From Pseudomonadota bacterium (lineage in GTDB: Bacteria > Pseudomonadota > Gammaproteobacteria > Pseudomonadales > UBA5862): 64,000 bases of DNA. The notes under the pieces are model-generated. The model was not told the origin of the DNA. It saw only the letters and a program-made list of their open reading frames with translations, and did no database searches. The DNA is taken from positions 775 through 64,774 of the forward strand of contig JAXHVB010000018.1 of the NCBI GenBank assembly GCA_034189125.1, in the 5' to 3' direction. The position numbers and the translations under genes are program-made. Shown here in pieces: positions 19,537 to 29,949 of this stretch (the stretch's first letter is position 1; every line of letters begins with the position of its first letter).

Positions 19537-20081
19537 AGGTCGCCCCAACGCGCCTGCCAGAAGTGCTGTTGATTGAACCCCAGGTGTTTGGGGACGACCG
19601 CGGTTTTTTCATGGAGACCTGGCAGCGGCGCAAGTTCGCCGATGCCGGAATCGACCTGGACTTTGTGCAGGACAACCACAGCCGCTCGGTCCAGGGGGTG
19701 CTGCGTGGCCTGCATTACCAACTGCTGCAACCCCAGGGCAAGCTCGTGCGGGTGACCCTGGGCGAGGTGTTCGATGTGGCGGTCGACCTGCGGCGCAGTT
19801 CGCCGCGGTTTGGTGAATGGGTGGGTGTGACCCTGTCCGCGGCAACCAAGCAAATGCTCTGGGTGCCGCCGGGGTTTGCGCATGGTTTCTATGTGCTGAG
19901 TGATGTGGCCGAGTTTCAATACAAGTGCAGCGACTACTACGCCCCTGAACACGAGCGCAGCCTGCGCTGGAACGACCCCGATCTCGCCATTGATTGGCCC
20001 CTGGTGGCCGGTGCAGCCCCGGCGTTGTCTTCCAAGGATGCCGAGGGGCATTGGTTGGTGAACGCTGAGGTCTATCCATGA
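19533..20081 (+). CDS. rmlC: dTDP-4-dehydrorhamnose 3,5-epimerase
   Basis: '[12 protein letters not shown]' and 'RGLHYQ' cupin motifs; 182 aa; 4-bp overlap with rmlA. Confidence 0.95.
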   Translation: MKVAPTRLPEVLLIEPQVFGDDRGFFMETWQRRKFADAGIDLDFVQDNHSRSVQGVLRGLHYQLLQPQGKLVRVTLGEVFDVAVDLRRSSPRFGEWVGVTLSAATKQMLWVPPGFAHGFYVLSDVAEFQYKCSDYYAPEHERSLRWNDPDLAIDWPLVAGAAPALSSKDAEGHWLVNAEVYP

Positions 20082-20944
20082 AGGCGGTGGTCCTGGGGGC
20101 GCAGGGGCAGCTCGGTCGTGCGCTTTGCGAACAGTGTCCGACGGGCATCGACCTGGTTGGATTGGGTCGAGCCGAGGCGGACCTCGCCCAGCCAGGTGCG
20201 GCCGCTGCAGCGATCGATGCCCATGCCCCTGAGTTGGTCATCAACGCCGCTGCCTACACCGCAGTGGATCAGGCGGAATCGGAGCCCGATTTGGCGCACC
20301 GGGTCAATGCTGAAGCAGTCGATGAAATTGCGCTGCAGTGCCTGCGCCAGGGTGTACGCCTTGTGCACGTGTCTACCGACTTTGTCTTCGATGGCCGGGC
20401 CGGCACCCCCTATCGGCCGGGGGATCAAACCCAGCCCTTGAGTGTGTATGGCGCCAGCAAGCGTGCTGGCGAAGACGCGATTCAGGCGCATTCAGGGCTT
20501 TCCAGTGCCATTGTGCGCACCGCCTGGGTGTACGCGGCCGGCGGCAGCAACTTCGTGCGCACCATGCTGCGGTTGATGGCGGAGCGCGATGCGCTGAAGG
20601 TCGTTGCCGATCAGGTGGGAAGTCCGACCTGGGCACGGGGGCTCGCGCAGGTGCTGTGGCGAGCCGGCCAAAAGCCGGGATTCAAGGGCATACACCACTA
20701 CACCGATGCCGGTGTGGCGAGTTGGTACGACTTCGCCCTGGCGATCCAAGAGCAGGGGCTCGCCTTGGGTCTGCTGGACCGTTCGATCGAGGTTTCTCCC
20801 ATCGCCACAGAAGACTACCCAACACCGGCCGTGCGTCCCCCGTTCAGCGTGTTGGACAAACGCAGCCTGTATACAGGGCTCGATGTGAATCCGGTGCACT
20901 GGCGGGTGCAACTGCGCGCAATGATGCAGGAGCTGAATGCATGA
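20078..20944 (+). CDS. rmlD: dTDP-4-dehydrorhamnose reductase
   Basis: 288 aa with 'VINAAAYTAVDQAE', 'STDFVFDG' and 'YGASKRAGE' (YxxxK). Confidence 0.95.
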   Translation: MKAVVLGAQGQLGRALCEQCPTGIDLVGLGRAEADLAQPGAAAAAIDAHAPELVINAAAYTAVDQAESEPDLAHRVNAEAVDEIALQCLRQGVRLVHVSTDFVFDGRAGTPYRPGDQTQPLSVYGASKRAGEDAIQAHSGLSSAIVRTAWVYAAGGSNFVRTMLRLMAERDALKVVADQVGSPTWARGLAQVLWRAGQKPGFKGIHHYTDAGVASWYDFALAIQEQGLALGLLDRSIEVSPIATEDYPTPAVRPPFSVLDKRSLYTGLDVNPVHWRVQLRAMMQELNA

Positions 20945-22047
20945 CCCAACCCCGTTCGATGCTGATCACCGGGGGCGCCGGATTCATCGGCGCCAACTTC
21001 GTCCACCATTGGGCAGCGAAATATCCCGAGCACCGGCTCGTGGTTCTGGATGCCTTAACCTATGCCGGTAACTTGCAGAGCCTTCAGGGGTTGGATGGGC
21101 AACCCAATTACCGGTTTGTGCATGGCTCGATCAACGACCAGCGCTTGGTTGAACAATTGCTGAAGGAGGAGGGCATTGATTGCATCCTGCATTTCGCCGC
21201 TGAAAGCCACGTAGACCGCTCCATCACCGGTCCAGATGCCTTCATCGAGACCAACGTGCTTGGCACCCACGCGTTGCTCAAAGCCGCGCGGGCGGTTTGG
21301 CTTGCCGGCGACGGCAGGCCGCACCGCTTCCACCACGTGTCCACCGATGAAGTGTATGGCACCTTGACGCCCACGGACCCGCCGTTCACTGAATCGACTG
21401 CGTATGCGCCGAATTCGCCCTACGCGGCGAGCAAAGCTGCATCCGACCACCTGGTGCGGGCCTACCACGAGACCTATGGGCTCGAAGTCACCACGAGCAA
21501 CTGCTCCAACAACTACGGCCCCTACCATTTTCCCGAGAAACTCATCCCCCTGTGTTTGATCAACATCCTTTCGGGCAAGCCACTGCCCATCTACGGCGAT
21601 GGGCAACAGGTGCGGGATTGGCTGTACGTCGCCGACCACTGCCGCGGCATCGAACGCGTGCTGGAGGTGGGGCGGTCCGGGCGCACCTACAACATTGGTG
21701 GCCACAACGAAATGGCCAACCTGGACCTCGTGCACAGCCTCTGTGCCCGAGTCGATGCCGCTTTCGCTGAGGCCCCGGAGCTCAGCGAACGCTTTCCCGA
21801 TGCCCCCCCGGCCAGGGGCAAGGCCAGCACCGAGTTGATCACCTTCGTGAAGGACCGCCCCGGCCACGACCGGCGCTACGCAATCGACGCGCGACGCGCG
21901 ACAGAAGAGCTCGGGTTCGTGCCCGCGGAGACCTTCGAGACCGGCATTGCCAAGACCGTTCACTGGTACCTGGGCCATGAAACCTGGTGGCGCAACGTGC
22001 TGAGCGGTGAGTACCGCGACTGGGTCCAGCAGCAGTACGGTTCCTGA
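20941..22047 (+). CDS. rmlB: dTDP-glucose 4,6-dehydratase
   Basis: The internal ATG at 20941 (ATGA overlap with rmlD) gives 'MLITGGAGFIGANFV'. 'YAASKAASDHL' and 'GDGQQVRDWLYV' are also present. Confidence 0.95.
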   Translation: MTQPRSMLITGGAGFIGANFVHHWAAKYPEHRLVVLDALTYAGNLQSLQGLDGQPNYRFVHGSINDQRLVEQLLKEEGIDCILHFAAESHVDRSITGPDAFIETNVLGTHALLKAARAVWLAGDGRPHRFHHVSTDEVYGTLTPTDPPFTESTAYAPNSPYAASKAASDHLVRAYHETYGLEVTTSNCSNNYGPYHFPEKLIPLCLINILSGKPLPIYGDGQQVRDWLYVADHCRGIERVLEVGRSGRTYNIGGHNEMANLDLVHSLCARVDAAFAEAPELSERFPDAPPARGKASTELITFVKDRPGHDRRYAIDARRATEELGFVPAETFETGIAKTVHWYLGHETWWRNVLSGEYRDWVQQQYGS

Positions 22048-22056
22048 AAGGCCAAG

Positions 22057-23196
22057 GTGAAGCCGAAGGTTACAATCGCCCACGTCGTGCATCGATTCGA
22101 TATCGGCGGGCTCGAGAACGGCGTCGTCAACCTGATCAATCGGTTGGGGGATGGATACAGTCACCAAGTGATTGCCCTGACCGAGTGCAATCCGGGGTTT
22201 TGTCAGCGCATCTCCCATTCCAATGTGCAATACCATGCCTTGCACAAGCGGGAGGGTCAGGACTGGCGTATGCTTTGGCGCCTGTACCGGTTGTTGCGGA
22301 AGCTGGGGCCGGACATCGTTCATACCCGCAACCTGGCGACACTCGAAGCCGCCGGGGTGGCATGGCTTGCTGGGGTCCCACTGCGGGTGCATGGTGAACA
22401 CGGTTGGGACATGACCGACTTGGACGGGAGCAATGCCCGTTACCAGAGACTGCGCCGGCTGATGGCGCCTTTGATCCATCGCTTCGTCGCACTCTCCTCT
22501 CAAGGTGCAGCCTACCTTGTCGACAACGTCGGCGTTCCCAGGCGCAAGGTCGTGCGCATCATCAACGGCGTTGATGTGGAGCGGTTTCAAGCTGGTCACG
22601 ACCGGGGACGACTGCCGGATGGGTTCGCCCCGGAGGGTACGGTTGTGCTCGGGTCTGTTGGGCGCATTGCAGAGGTCAAAAACCACGTGGCCCTGGCCCG
22701 TGCCTTTGTCTTGGCGCATCGGTTGGCGCCCGCGCAGATGGCGGTGGCTCGCCTGGTCATTGTGGGCGATGGCCCGCAGCGGGGCGCGGTGGAAGCTATA
22801 CTCACAGGCGCAGGCCTCACGGATCGACTGCACTTGGCCGGTGCCCAGTCGGACATACCGGCTTGGATGCGGAGTTTCGACCTGTTCGTTCTGCCGTCTC
22901 TGGCTGAAGGCATCTCCAACACCATCCTCGAGGCCATGGCGGTGGGGCTGCCTGTGGTGGCCACCCAGGTCGGCGGCAACGATGAACTCGTTGCGCCGGG
23001 CGAAACCGGGGTGTTGGTGCCCGCTGGGGACGACTCGGCCCTTGCGAACGCCCTGATCGAGGTGGTTTCGGACCGCGAACTGCGGGCACGTCAGGGAATC
23101 AATGCTCGGCAGCGCGCCGAGCATGCGTTTTCTTTGCAAACGATGGTGGAGCGCTACGCTGCGTTGTACCAGGACCTCGTGGTGGCGCGCGGGTGA
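22057..23196 (+). CDS. PEP-CTERM/XrtA-associated glycosyltransferase (GT4, 'stp2' type)
   Basis: The N-terminus 'IAHVVHRFDIGGLENGVVNLINRL' is typical of stp2 as I recall it. GT4 motif 'EGISNTILEAMAVGLPVVATQVGGNDELV' is present. Confidence 0.8.
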   Translation: MKPKVTIAHVVHRFDIGGLENGVVNLINRLGDGYSHQVIALTECNPGFCQRISHSNVQYHALHKREGQDWRMLWRLYRLLRKLGPDIVHTRNLATLEAAGVAWLAGVPLRVHGEHGWDMTDLDGSNARYQRLRRLMAPLIHRFVALSSQGAAYLVDNVGVPRRKVVRIINGVDVERFQAGHDRGRLPDGFAPEGTVVLGSVGRIAEVKNHVALARAFVLAHRLAPAQMAVARLVIVGDGPQRGAVEAILTGAGLTDRLHLAGAQSDIPAWMRSFDLFVLPSLAEGISNTILEAMAVGLPVVATQVGGNDELVAPGETGVLVPAGDDSALANALIEVVSDRELRARQGINARQRAEHAFSLQTMVERYAALYQDLVVARG

Positions 23197-23224
23197 TGTC
23201 GGATCAACGGAGACACTAGCGGCA

Positions 23225-25123
23225 ATGTGCGGAATCGCTGGCATTTTTCAGATGGGGGTGGGCGATGCCGTGGATCCGAGCGTTCTCGAACGCATGAACC
23301 AGGCGCAGTTCCACCGTGGTCCGGATGAGGGTGGGTACCACTACGGTCCGGGGCTCGGCCTGGCGCATCGACGGCTTTCGATCATCGACCTTTCCGGAGG
23401 CCAGCAGCCCATGGCCGATCAAGAGGGTCGGGTTGTGGTGGTGTTCAACGGTGAAATTTACAATTTCGCTGAGTTGCGCACCGAGCTGATGGGCCTCGGC
23501 CACCACTTCCGCACCCGCAGTGATACCGAAGTGCTGGTTGAGGGGTGGAAGGCCTGGGGCGAAGCCTTGGTCCAGCGCTTGCGCGGAATGTTTGCCTTTG
23601 CCCTCTGGGACCGGACCGAAGAGACGGTGTTTCTGGCGCGGGACCGGCTGGGCATCAAGCCCCTCTACTATGGCCTCACGGACCGCGGCGCCCTGGTGTT
23701 CGGCTCGGAGCTCAAGGTGGTGCTGGCGCATCCGGGCATTCGCAGGGACCTAGACCCCCAGGCTGTTGAAGAGTATCTGGCGCTGGGGTATGTGCCCGAC
23801 CCGCGCTCGATTCTGAGTACCGTCAAAAAGCTACCCGCAGGCTATCGCCTGCTGTGCCGGAGAAACGATGCGCTGGGCGAGCCCAGGCAGTACTGGGACC
23901 TCCCCTTTGCTCCGGTCGACTCCGGCGATGAACGCCAGCTGTCGGAAGAACTGATTGAACGGTTGCGCGAAGCGGTGCGCATCCGACTGGTCGCCGAAGT
24001 GCCCTTGGGTGCGTTCTTGTCTGGCGGCGTCGATTCCAGTGCAGTGGTCGCGTTGATGGCGCAGCTTCAGTCCGACCCAGTGAACACCTGTTCCATCGGG
24101 TTCGATGTGCCGGAGTTCGACGAGAGCGTTTATGCGCAGCGGGTCGCTCAGCAGTACAATACAGAGCACCACCAGCGCACTGTCAATCCCGATGACTTCG
24201 ACCTGATCGACCAACTGGCCAGTTTGTACGACGAGCCGTTTGCAGACAGTTCTGCATTGCCGACCTATCGGGTGTGCCAGTTGGCTCGTGAACGGGTGAC
24301 AGTCGCGCTCTCTGGCGATGGAGGCGATGAGAATTTCGCTGGATACCGCCGCTACCGCTGGCACATGAATGAGGCCCGCATGCGCGGAGTGCTGCCGCGA
24401 CCGGTGCAGGGGCCAGTCTTTGGCGCACTGGGAAGCCTGTATCCAAAGTTGGACTGGGCACCGCGGTTTCTGCGCGCAAAGAGTACGTTTCAAGCCCTCG
24501 CCCGTGACCCTGTCGCCGGCTACTACAGAAACTTCTGCCTGTTGGTCGACGAGCAGCGTGAGGCCCTCTACAGCGACGCATTCAGGCGCGCGTTACAAGG
24601 GTACAACGCGGTGGAATTGTTTCGTTACCACGCGGCCCGCAGTCCCAGTGATGACCTGTTGTCTCAGGCGCAGTACATCGACTTCAAAACCTACCTGTCC
24701 GGAGACATCCTCACCAAGGTCGATCGCGCCAGCATGGCCCATGCGCTCGAAGTGCGGGTTCCCATCTTGGACCACCAGTTCGTGGAATGGGTCTCGGGGC
24801 TCGCGCCTGCGCTGAAGCTGCGTGGGCAAGAAGGCAAATACCTGTTGAAAAAAGCGCTGGAACCCCACCTGGGCGCAGACGTTCTGTACCGGGACAAAAT
24901 GGGCTTCGCAATCCCCGTCGCGCAATGGTTCAGAGGGCCACTTCGTGATCGTTTGCACAGTGCGCTGACTGGCGGCGTGCTGGCCGACACGGGGTATTTC
25001 AAGACCGAGGCACTGGTGAACCTGTTCGATCAGCATCAAAGCGGGCGCTCGGACCACAGCGCTGCGCTCTGGTCGCTGATGATGTTTGAGTCCTCGCTGC
25101 GCCACTTGCAGGGTGGCCTGTGA
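23225..25123 (+). CDS. asparagine synthase (glutamine-hydrolysing) family, XrtA-associated amidotransferase
   Basis: The internal ATG at 23225 gives 'MCGIAGIF', the Ntn Cys2 nucleophile. PP-loop 'AFLSGGVDSS' is present. 632 aa. Confidence 0.9.
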   Translation: MCGIAGIFQMGVGDAVDPSVLERMNQAQFHRGPDEGGYHYGPGLGLAHRRLSIIDLSGGQQPMADQEGRVVVVFNGEIYNFAELRTELMGLGHHFRTRSDTEVLVEGWKAWGEALVQRLRGMFAFALWDRTEETVFLARDRLGIKPLYYGLTDRGALVFGSELKVVLAHPGIRRDLDPQAVEEYLALGYVPDPRSILSTVKKLPAGYRLLCRRNDALGEPRQYWDLPFAPVDSGDERQLSEELIERLREAVRIRLVAEVPLGAFLSGGVDSSAVVALMAQLQSDPVNTCSIGFDVPEFDESVYAQRVAQQYNTEHHQRTVNPDDFDLIDQLASLYDEPFADSSALPTYRVCQLARERVTVALSGDGGDENFAGYRRYRWHMNEARMRGVLPRPVQGPVFGALGSLYPKLDWAPRFLRAKSTFQALARDPVAGYYRNFCLLVDEQREALYSDAFRRALQGYNAVELFRYHAARSPSDDLLSQAQYIDFKTYLSGDILTKVDRASMAHALEVRVPILDHQFVEWVSGLAPALKLRGQEGKYLLKKALEPHLGADVLYRDKMGFAIPVAQWFRGPLRDRLHSALTGGVLADTGYFKTEALVNLFDQHQSGRSDHSAALWSLMMFESSLRHLQGGL

Positions 25124-25190
25124 GTCCTGCTTGCGCGCGCGTCCACAACCAGGGTGCGTGCCGTGCCTGCACCCCCTGGCGTTGGCTTCT

Positions 25191-26423
25191 ATGAAGATCC
25201 TTCACGTACTCGACCACTCGATTCCGCTGCAAAGCGGCTACACGTTTCGCACCCGCAACATCCTGCGAGAGCAGCGTGCTCTTGGCTGGGACACACACCA
25301 GGTGACAGGGCCCAAGCAACTGAATTGCGCTGTAGAGCAGGAAGAGATTGACGGGCTTTTGTTTTACCGCACCGGCCCTTGTGCCACAGGGCCGGTGCAA
25401 TCTCTGCTGCCAGAGCCTGTGCGTGTCATCCGCCAACTCGAACAGCGCCTCGACGAGGTGATCGCTGCAGTTCAGCCGCAGGTCCTGCACGCGCATTCTC
25501 CAGCGCTCGACGGGGTTGCAGCCCTGCGCGCTGCACGCCGGCACAGGCTGCCGGTGGTGTATGAGTGCCGCGCGTTCTGGGAGGATGCGGCGGTCGACCA
25601 CGGCACCAGCCGGGAGGGTGGGCTGCGGTACCGTTTGACCCGCGCCATGGAAACCTGGGTGTTTCGCCATGCCGATGCAGTGACCACCATTTGTGAAGGC
25701 TTGCGCGCCGAAATTGCCGCGCGGGGCGTCCCGGAGTCACGCATCACGGTGATTCCAAACGCGGTGGACCTCAACCACTTCCAGCGGGCCCCCGAGCAGA
25801 AGCAAGAAGCGACACGGCTGCGCCAGGAACTGGGTCTTGGCGACCACAGAGTACTGGGCTTTTTGGGCTCGTTTTACGCCTACGAAGGCCTGGACTTGGC
25901 CATCGAATCGCTCCAGGCAATCAACGACCCCCGGGTCGTCCTGTTGCTGGTCGGCGGCGGGCCTCAGTCTGAGGCACTTCGCCAGCAGGTGAAGGCGCTG
26001 GGCCTGGAAGACCGCGTCCGGTTCACGGGGCGGGTGGCGCACGAACAAGTGCAACACTACTACGACTTGGTGGATTTGCTCGTCTATCCGCGCAAGTCCA
26101 TGCGCTTGACCGAACTGGTCACACCGCTGAAGCCCCTGGAGGCGATGGCGCAGCACAAACTGGTGTTGGCCTCGGATGTCGGCGGCCACCGGGAGTTGAT
26201 CTGTGACGGCGAAACTGGCTGGCTGTTCGAGGCCGGCAGTGCACAGGCGCTGGCGCGCACAGCAGAACGCGTGCTCGCGCTTCCTGAGCACGAGTGGCAG
26301 CGGGTTCGGAACAATGGACGACAGTACGTAGAAACCGAGCGAAACTGGCCGTTGAGCGTTGCGAAGTACGCCAGCGTGTATGCCGCCGCCACAGCAGACG
26401 AGTCCATCCGTGGCACAGCTTGA
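25191..26423 (+). CDS. PEP-CTERM/exosortase A-associated glycosyltransferase (GT4, 'Daro_2409/stp3' type)
   Basis: 'MKILHVLDHSIPLQSGYTFRTRNILREQ' at the internal ATG 25191, plus the GT-B C-terminal motif 'LKPLEAMAQHKLVLASDVGGHREL'. Confidence 0.8.
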   Translation: MKILHVLDHSIPLQSGYTFRTRNILREQRALGWDTHQVTGPKQLNCAVEQEEIDGLLFYRTGPCATGPVQSLLPEPVRVIRQLEQRLDEVIAAVQPQVLHAHSPALDGVAALRAARRHRLPVVYECRAFWEDAAVDHGTSREGGLRYRLTRAMETWVFRHADAVTTICEGLRAEIAARGVPESRITVIPNAVDLNHFQRAPEQKQEATRLRQELGLGDHRVLGFLGSFYAYEGLDLAIESLQAINDPRVVLLLVGGGPQSEALRQQVKALGLEDRVRFTGRVAHEQVQHYYDLVDLLVYPRKSMRLTELVTPLKPLEAMAQHKLVLASDVGGHRELICDGETGWLFEAGSAQALARTAERVLALPEHEWQRVRNNGRQYVETERNWPLSVAKYASVYAAATADESIRGTA

Positions 26424-27681
26424 GCCGCGCATTTTGGTGTTTTCCTCGCTGTTTCCAAGTGCCGTTCAGCCAGGCGCCGGGCTGTTTATTCGGGAGCGGA
26501 TGTTTCGCGTCGCCCGTGAACTGCCGTTGGTGGTCGTCAGTCCTCAGCCCTATTTTCCCGGGCAGTCGCTGATTCGCCGTCTGCGGCCGGGATATCGATT
26601 GCAGGCGCCGCCGGTTGAGGTGCAGGACGGCATCCAGGTGTATCACCCGAGGTTTTTTTCCCTGCCAGGGCTCGGCCGTCGGTTCGACGCGCTGTCGATG
26701 GCGCTGTGCAGCTACGCCCTGTTGCGCCGGCTGCGCAAGGCGTTCGCATTCGATCTGATCGACGCGCACTTTGCGTACCCGGATGGAGCCGCAGCCGTCC
26801 GCCTGGGCCGCTGGTTTCAGGTCCCGGTCACCGTCACCCTGCGGGGCACTGAAGTGCCCCAGGCGCGCAGTGCCCGGCGCCCTCAGCTGGCGGCCACCCT
26901 GCAACAGGTCACCCGGATCTTCACAGTGTCGGATTCACTGCGCCGTTTGGCGCTGGATTTGGGGGCAGCGGACCACCGGGTGCAGGTGGTGCCCAATGGG
27001 GTCAACGGCAGCCTGTTCTACCCGGTCGACGGGCGTGCCACGCGCCGGACACTGGGAATTGCAGAAGATGCCAAAGTGCTCATCACCGTTGGTGGTCTGG
27101 TGGAGCGCAAGGGGTTCCATCGGGTGATCCAGGTGCTGCCAGAACTGCTGGCGCGGGGCCACGATGTTCAGTACCTGGTGGTTGGTGGTCCCTGCGCAGA
27201 AGGTGACATGGAGGCAGCGCTGCGCGCGCAGGTCGAGCGTCTTGGCCTTGAGGACCGCGTGCATTTTTGCGGTGCCTTGCCTCCAGACCGGCTGCGTGAA
27301 CCCCTGTCCGCAGCCGACCTGTTCGTGCTTTCCAGCCGCAATGAAGGTTGGGCGAATGTGCTGCTCGAGGCGTTGTCCTGCGGGCTGCCGGTGGTGGCAT
27401 CGGATGTGGGCGGGAACGCTGAAGTGATTTGCGACCCCGTGCTCGGGGCCATTGTGCCCTTCGGGGATGAGGCGGCAATGTGCGACGCCATTTCGGCTGC
27501 GCTGGAACAGCGCGGTGGCGCCGCTCAGCGGCTGGCCTATGCCGAGGCCAACCAGTGGGATGCGCGGGTGCGCACCTTGGTGGAGGCGTTCCGCCAGCTT
27601 GTAGGGCCGCAATCCCAAGCCCAGGCTCAAGCCGGAGAGGTCAAGCCCACACCGGGGGTCGAGACCCCGGGACCTGGGTAA
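26410..27681 (+). CDS. glycosyltransferase family 4
   Basis: 'RILVFSSLFP' and 'EGWANVLLEALSCGLPVVASDVGGNAEVI'. The start is uncertain (GTG 26410, ATG 26380 or 26359). Confidence 0.8.
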   Translation: MAQLEPRILVFSSLFPSAVQPGAGLFIRERMFRVARELPLVVVSPQPYFPGQSLIRRLRPGYRLQAPPVEVQDGIQVYHPRFFSLPGLGRRFDALSMALCSYALLRRLRKAFAFDLIDAHFAYPDGAAAVRLGRWFQVPVTVTLRGTEVPQARSARRPQLAATLQQVTRIFTVSDSLRRLALDLGAADHRVQVVPNGVNGSLFYPVDGRATRRTLGIAEDAKVLITVGGLVERKGFHRVIQVLPELLARGHDVQYLVVGGPCAEGDMEAALRAQVERLGLEDRVHFCGALPPDRLREPLSAADLFVLSSRNEGWANVLLEALSCGLPVVASDVGGNAEVICDPVLGAIVPFGDEAAMCDAISAALEQRGGAAQRLAYAEANQWDARVRTLVEAFRQLVGPQSQAQAQAGEVKPTPGVETPGPG

Positions 27682-27693
27682 CAGGAGACGCCC

Positions 27694-29007
27694 ATGCGTG
27701 ATTTGTTCGTCACCGTTGTGGTTCTTGGCAGTTTGCCGATGATCCTGTTTCGCCCGTACCTTGGCATCCTGATGTGGTCATGGCTTGCGTACATGAATCC
27801 CCACAAGCTCTCCTGGGGGTTTGCGCGCGACTTTCCCTTCGCGATGCTGGTGGCGCTGGTGACCTTGATGGGGCTGCTGCTGGCGACGGAAAGCAAACGG
27901 GTTCCGCGTTCGTCGATCACGGTGTTGCTTGGCGTGTTCACCCTGTGGATGTTGCTGACCACGTTGCAGGCGACCTATCCGCAACTTGCCTGGTACCAGT
28001 GGGACAAGGTGTGGAAGATCATGCTGATGACGTTCGTCATCATCATGATGCTGCAGAGTCGGGCTCGAATCGACGCGCTGATCTGGGTGATGGCCGCTTC
28101 GATCGCGTTCTACGGCATCAAGGGGGGCATTTTTACCCTGACCACAGGCGGTGCCTACGCGGTTTATGGTCCGGATGGAACCTTCATCGGAGGCAACAAC
28201 GAGATTGGTCTGGCGCTCATCATGACCATCCCGTTGCTGCGGTACCTGCAATTGCAGGCGCCCAATCCGGTGCTCAAACGCGTACTGACGCCGGTCATGG
28301 TGCTCTGCTTCATCTCCGTGATTGGTACCCAATCCCGGGGTGCGTTGGTGGCGGTCACGGTGATGCTGGCGTTCTTCATTCTCAAGAGCCGCCGCCGGTT
28401 TGGGTTTTTGTTGCTGCTGGCGATCGTCGCGCCGCTGATTTGGAATTTCATGCCCGATACCTGGCATGACCGAATGGCCACCATCGACGACTACCAGGAA
28501 GACGCCTCTGCCATGGGCCGCATCAATGCGTGGTGGATGGCGTTCAATCTGGCGCAGGCGGAGTTTTTCGGTGGCGGCTTCGAGTGTTTTCGCCGTGGCA
28601 TGTTTCGCCTCTATGCACCCACTCCCTGGGATGTGCACGATGCCCACAGCATCTATTTCGAGGTGCTGGGGGAGCACGGTTTTGTGGGGCTGGCACTGTT
28701 TCTCGGAATAGGGGTGGTGGGTTTGCAAACCGCGCGCTCGATCATTCGTGAAACCAAACACGACCCGGACAAGCGCTGGATGGCTGACCTCGCCGCCATG
28801 CTGCAGGTGAGCCTGATCGGCTATGCTGCGGCGGGCATGTTCCTGGGGCTTGCGTATTTTGACTTCTACTATGCCCTGCTGGCGATCCTGGTGGCAGCCC
28901 GGCAGCTGTTGACGAGCGGCGAGCCCCTGGCGGGGCTGTTGACCCTGCGCAAGCGCACGCCCGAGGCCAGCAGGGAACCTGCCGGTGTGGGTGCTCCGGC
29001 CGTCTGA
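27694..29007 (+). CDS. O-antigen ligase/polymerase-like membrane protein, exosortase A system-associated (Wzy-like)
   Basis: 437 aa with about 10-12 TM helices. The N-terminus 'FRPYLGILMWSWLAYMNPHKLSWGF' and a periplasmic loop with 'HDAHSIYFEVLGEHGFVG' (Wzy_C-like) support the call. An AGGAGA RBS is present. Confidence 0.8.
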   Translation: MRDLFVTVVVLGSLPMILFRPYLGILMWSWLAYMNPHKLSWGFARDFPFAMLVALVTLMGLLLATESKRVPRSSITVLLGVFTLWMLLTTLQATYPQLAWYQWDKVWKIMLMTFVIIMMLQSRARIDALIWVMAASIAFYGIKGGIFTLTTGGAYAVYGPDGTFIGGNNEIGLALIMTIPLLRYLQLQAPNPVLKRVLTPVMVLCFISVIGTQSRGALVAVTVMLAFFILKSRRRFGFLLLLAIVAPLIWNFMPDTWHDRMATIDDYQEDASAMGRINAWWMAFNLAQAEFFGGGFECFRRGMFRLYAPTPWDVHDAHSIYFEVLGEHGFVGLALFLGIGVVGLQTARSIIRETKHDPDKRWMADLAAMLQVSLIGYAAAGMFLGLAYFDFYYALLAILVAARQLLTSGEPLAGLLTLRKRTPEASREPAGVGAPAV

Positions 29008-29019
29008 CTGAGCGAAGCG

Positions 29020-29949
29020 ATGAGCGATTGGTGGGTCAAAGTCGACAAAACCCTGCGTCACCACGCCCAGGGTGGTGTGCAGGCGCTGCGCGCCCTGGCC
29101 TGGCCCCTGTTGCGCCAACCGGCCGCCCCGGTCTTTGTCGTCGGCTGCAGCCGGGCGGGCACGACCCTGGTGTACAAGACGCTGTCCGAATCCCCGGAGC
29201 TTGGCAGCCTGCAACGTGAAACCCACGACTACTGGGCTGGGTTGCACCCGCCGAGCGAGACAGGCTGGCAGACCCATGCGATCGCACCCGAGCAGGCCAA
29301 CCCCGACGAGGCCAACCGAGTCGCACGGGACTTTTTTGTGGGAACCGGCCGCCACCACTGGGTCGACAAGAACAACCAGAATGGCCTGTCGGTGCCTTAC
29401 CTCCTTGGTTTGTTCCCGCGCGCCCGTTTCGTGTACGTGAAGCGGGCGCCTGGCGACAACATCAACAGCCTCATTGAGGGTTGGAACAAACCCGAGGAGT
29501 TTGCCACCTGGTCGGACCGCCTGCCGGGGTCCGTGGCAATCGACGGCGGGCGCATTCAGCGCTGGTGCTTTTTCTTGGCCGCGGGCTGGGAGGCGCTGCG
29601 CGCCGCCCCCCTTGCCCAAGTGGCCGCGTTTCAGTACCGCGCAATGAATGACGCCATTCTGTCGGCCCGGGAGGCGGTTCCTGCAAGCCAGTGGGCCGAA
29701 GTCCACTATGAAGACCTGGTCACCGACCCAGTCGAAGAGTTCCGCCGCCTTTTCAGGGACTGCGCCCTGGAATTCGATGCGGCGACCGAGCACCACTGCC
29801 GCAGGGTTCTGGAACGGCCTTACAACGCATTTTCTCCCATTGGGCTCGAAAAGTGGCGCAGCGGACCGCATGCCCCTGCCATCGAGGCGGTGCTGCCGGA
29901 GGTGGGTGCAGTGGCCGGGCGCATGGGTTATCCGGCTGATGCCGCATGA
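29020..29949 (+). CDS. sulfotransferase family protein (PAPS-dependent type)
   Basis: 5'-PSB-like 'VVGCSRAGTTLVYK' and 3'-PB-like 'YVKRAPGDNINSL'. Confidence 0.75.
   Translation: MSDWWVKVDKTLRHHAQGGVQALRALAWPLLRQPAAPVFVVGCSRAGTTLVYKTLSESPELGSLQRETHDYWAGLHPPSETGWQTHAIAPEQANPDEANRVARDFFVGTGRHHWVDKNNQNGLSVPYLLGLFPRARFVYVKRAPGDNINSLIEGWNKPEEFATWSDRLPGSVAIDGGRIQRWCFFLAAGWEALRAAPLAQVAAFQYRAMNDAILSAREAVPASQWAEVHYEDLVTDPVEEFRRLFRDCALEFDAATEHHCRRVLERPYNAFSPIGLEKWRSGPHAPAIEAVLPEVGAVAGRMGYPADAA

Noticed and set aside
20338-20940. Extended N-terminus of the 569-aa ORF containing rmlB (likewise the extensions 18499-18651 before rmlA, 23102-23224 before asnB and 25086-25190 before the stp3 GT)
   Set aside because: The extensions overlap upstream genes out of frame. 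Canonical N-terminal motifs (GGAGFIG, GGSGTRL, MCG, MKILHV) sit at internal ATGs with coupled or RBS-preceded starts.
21055-23244. 729-aa ORF antisense to rmlB and the stp2 GT
   Set aside because: It is a shadow ORF opposite two unambiguous genes (rmlB motifs, GT4 E-x7-E motif) and has no recognisable domain.
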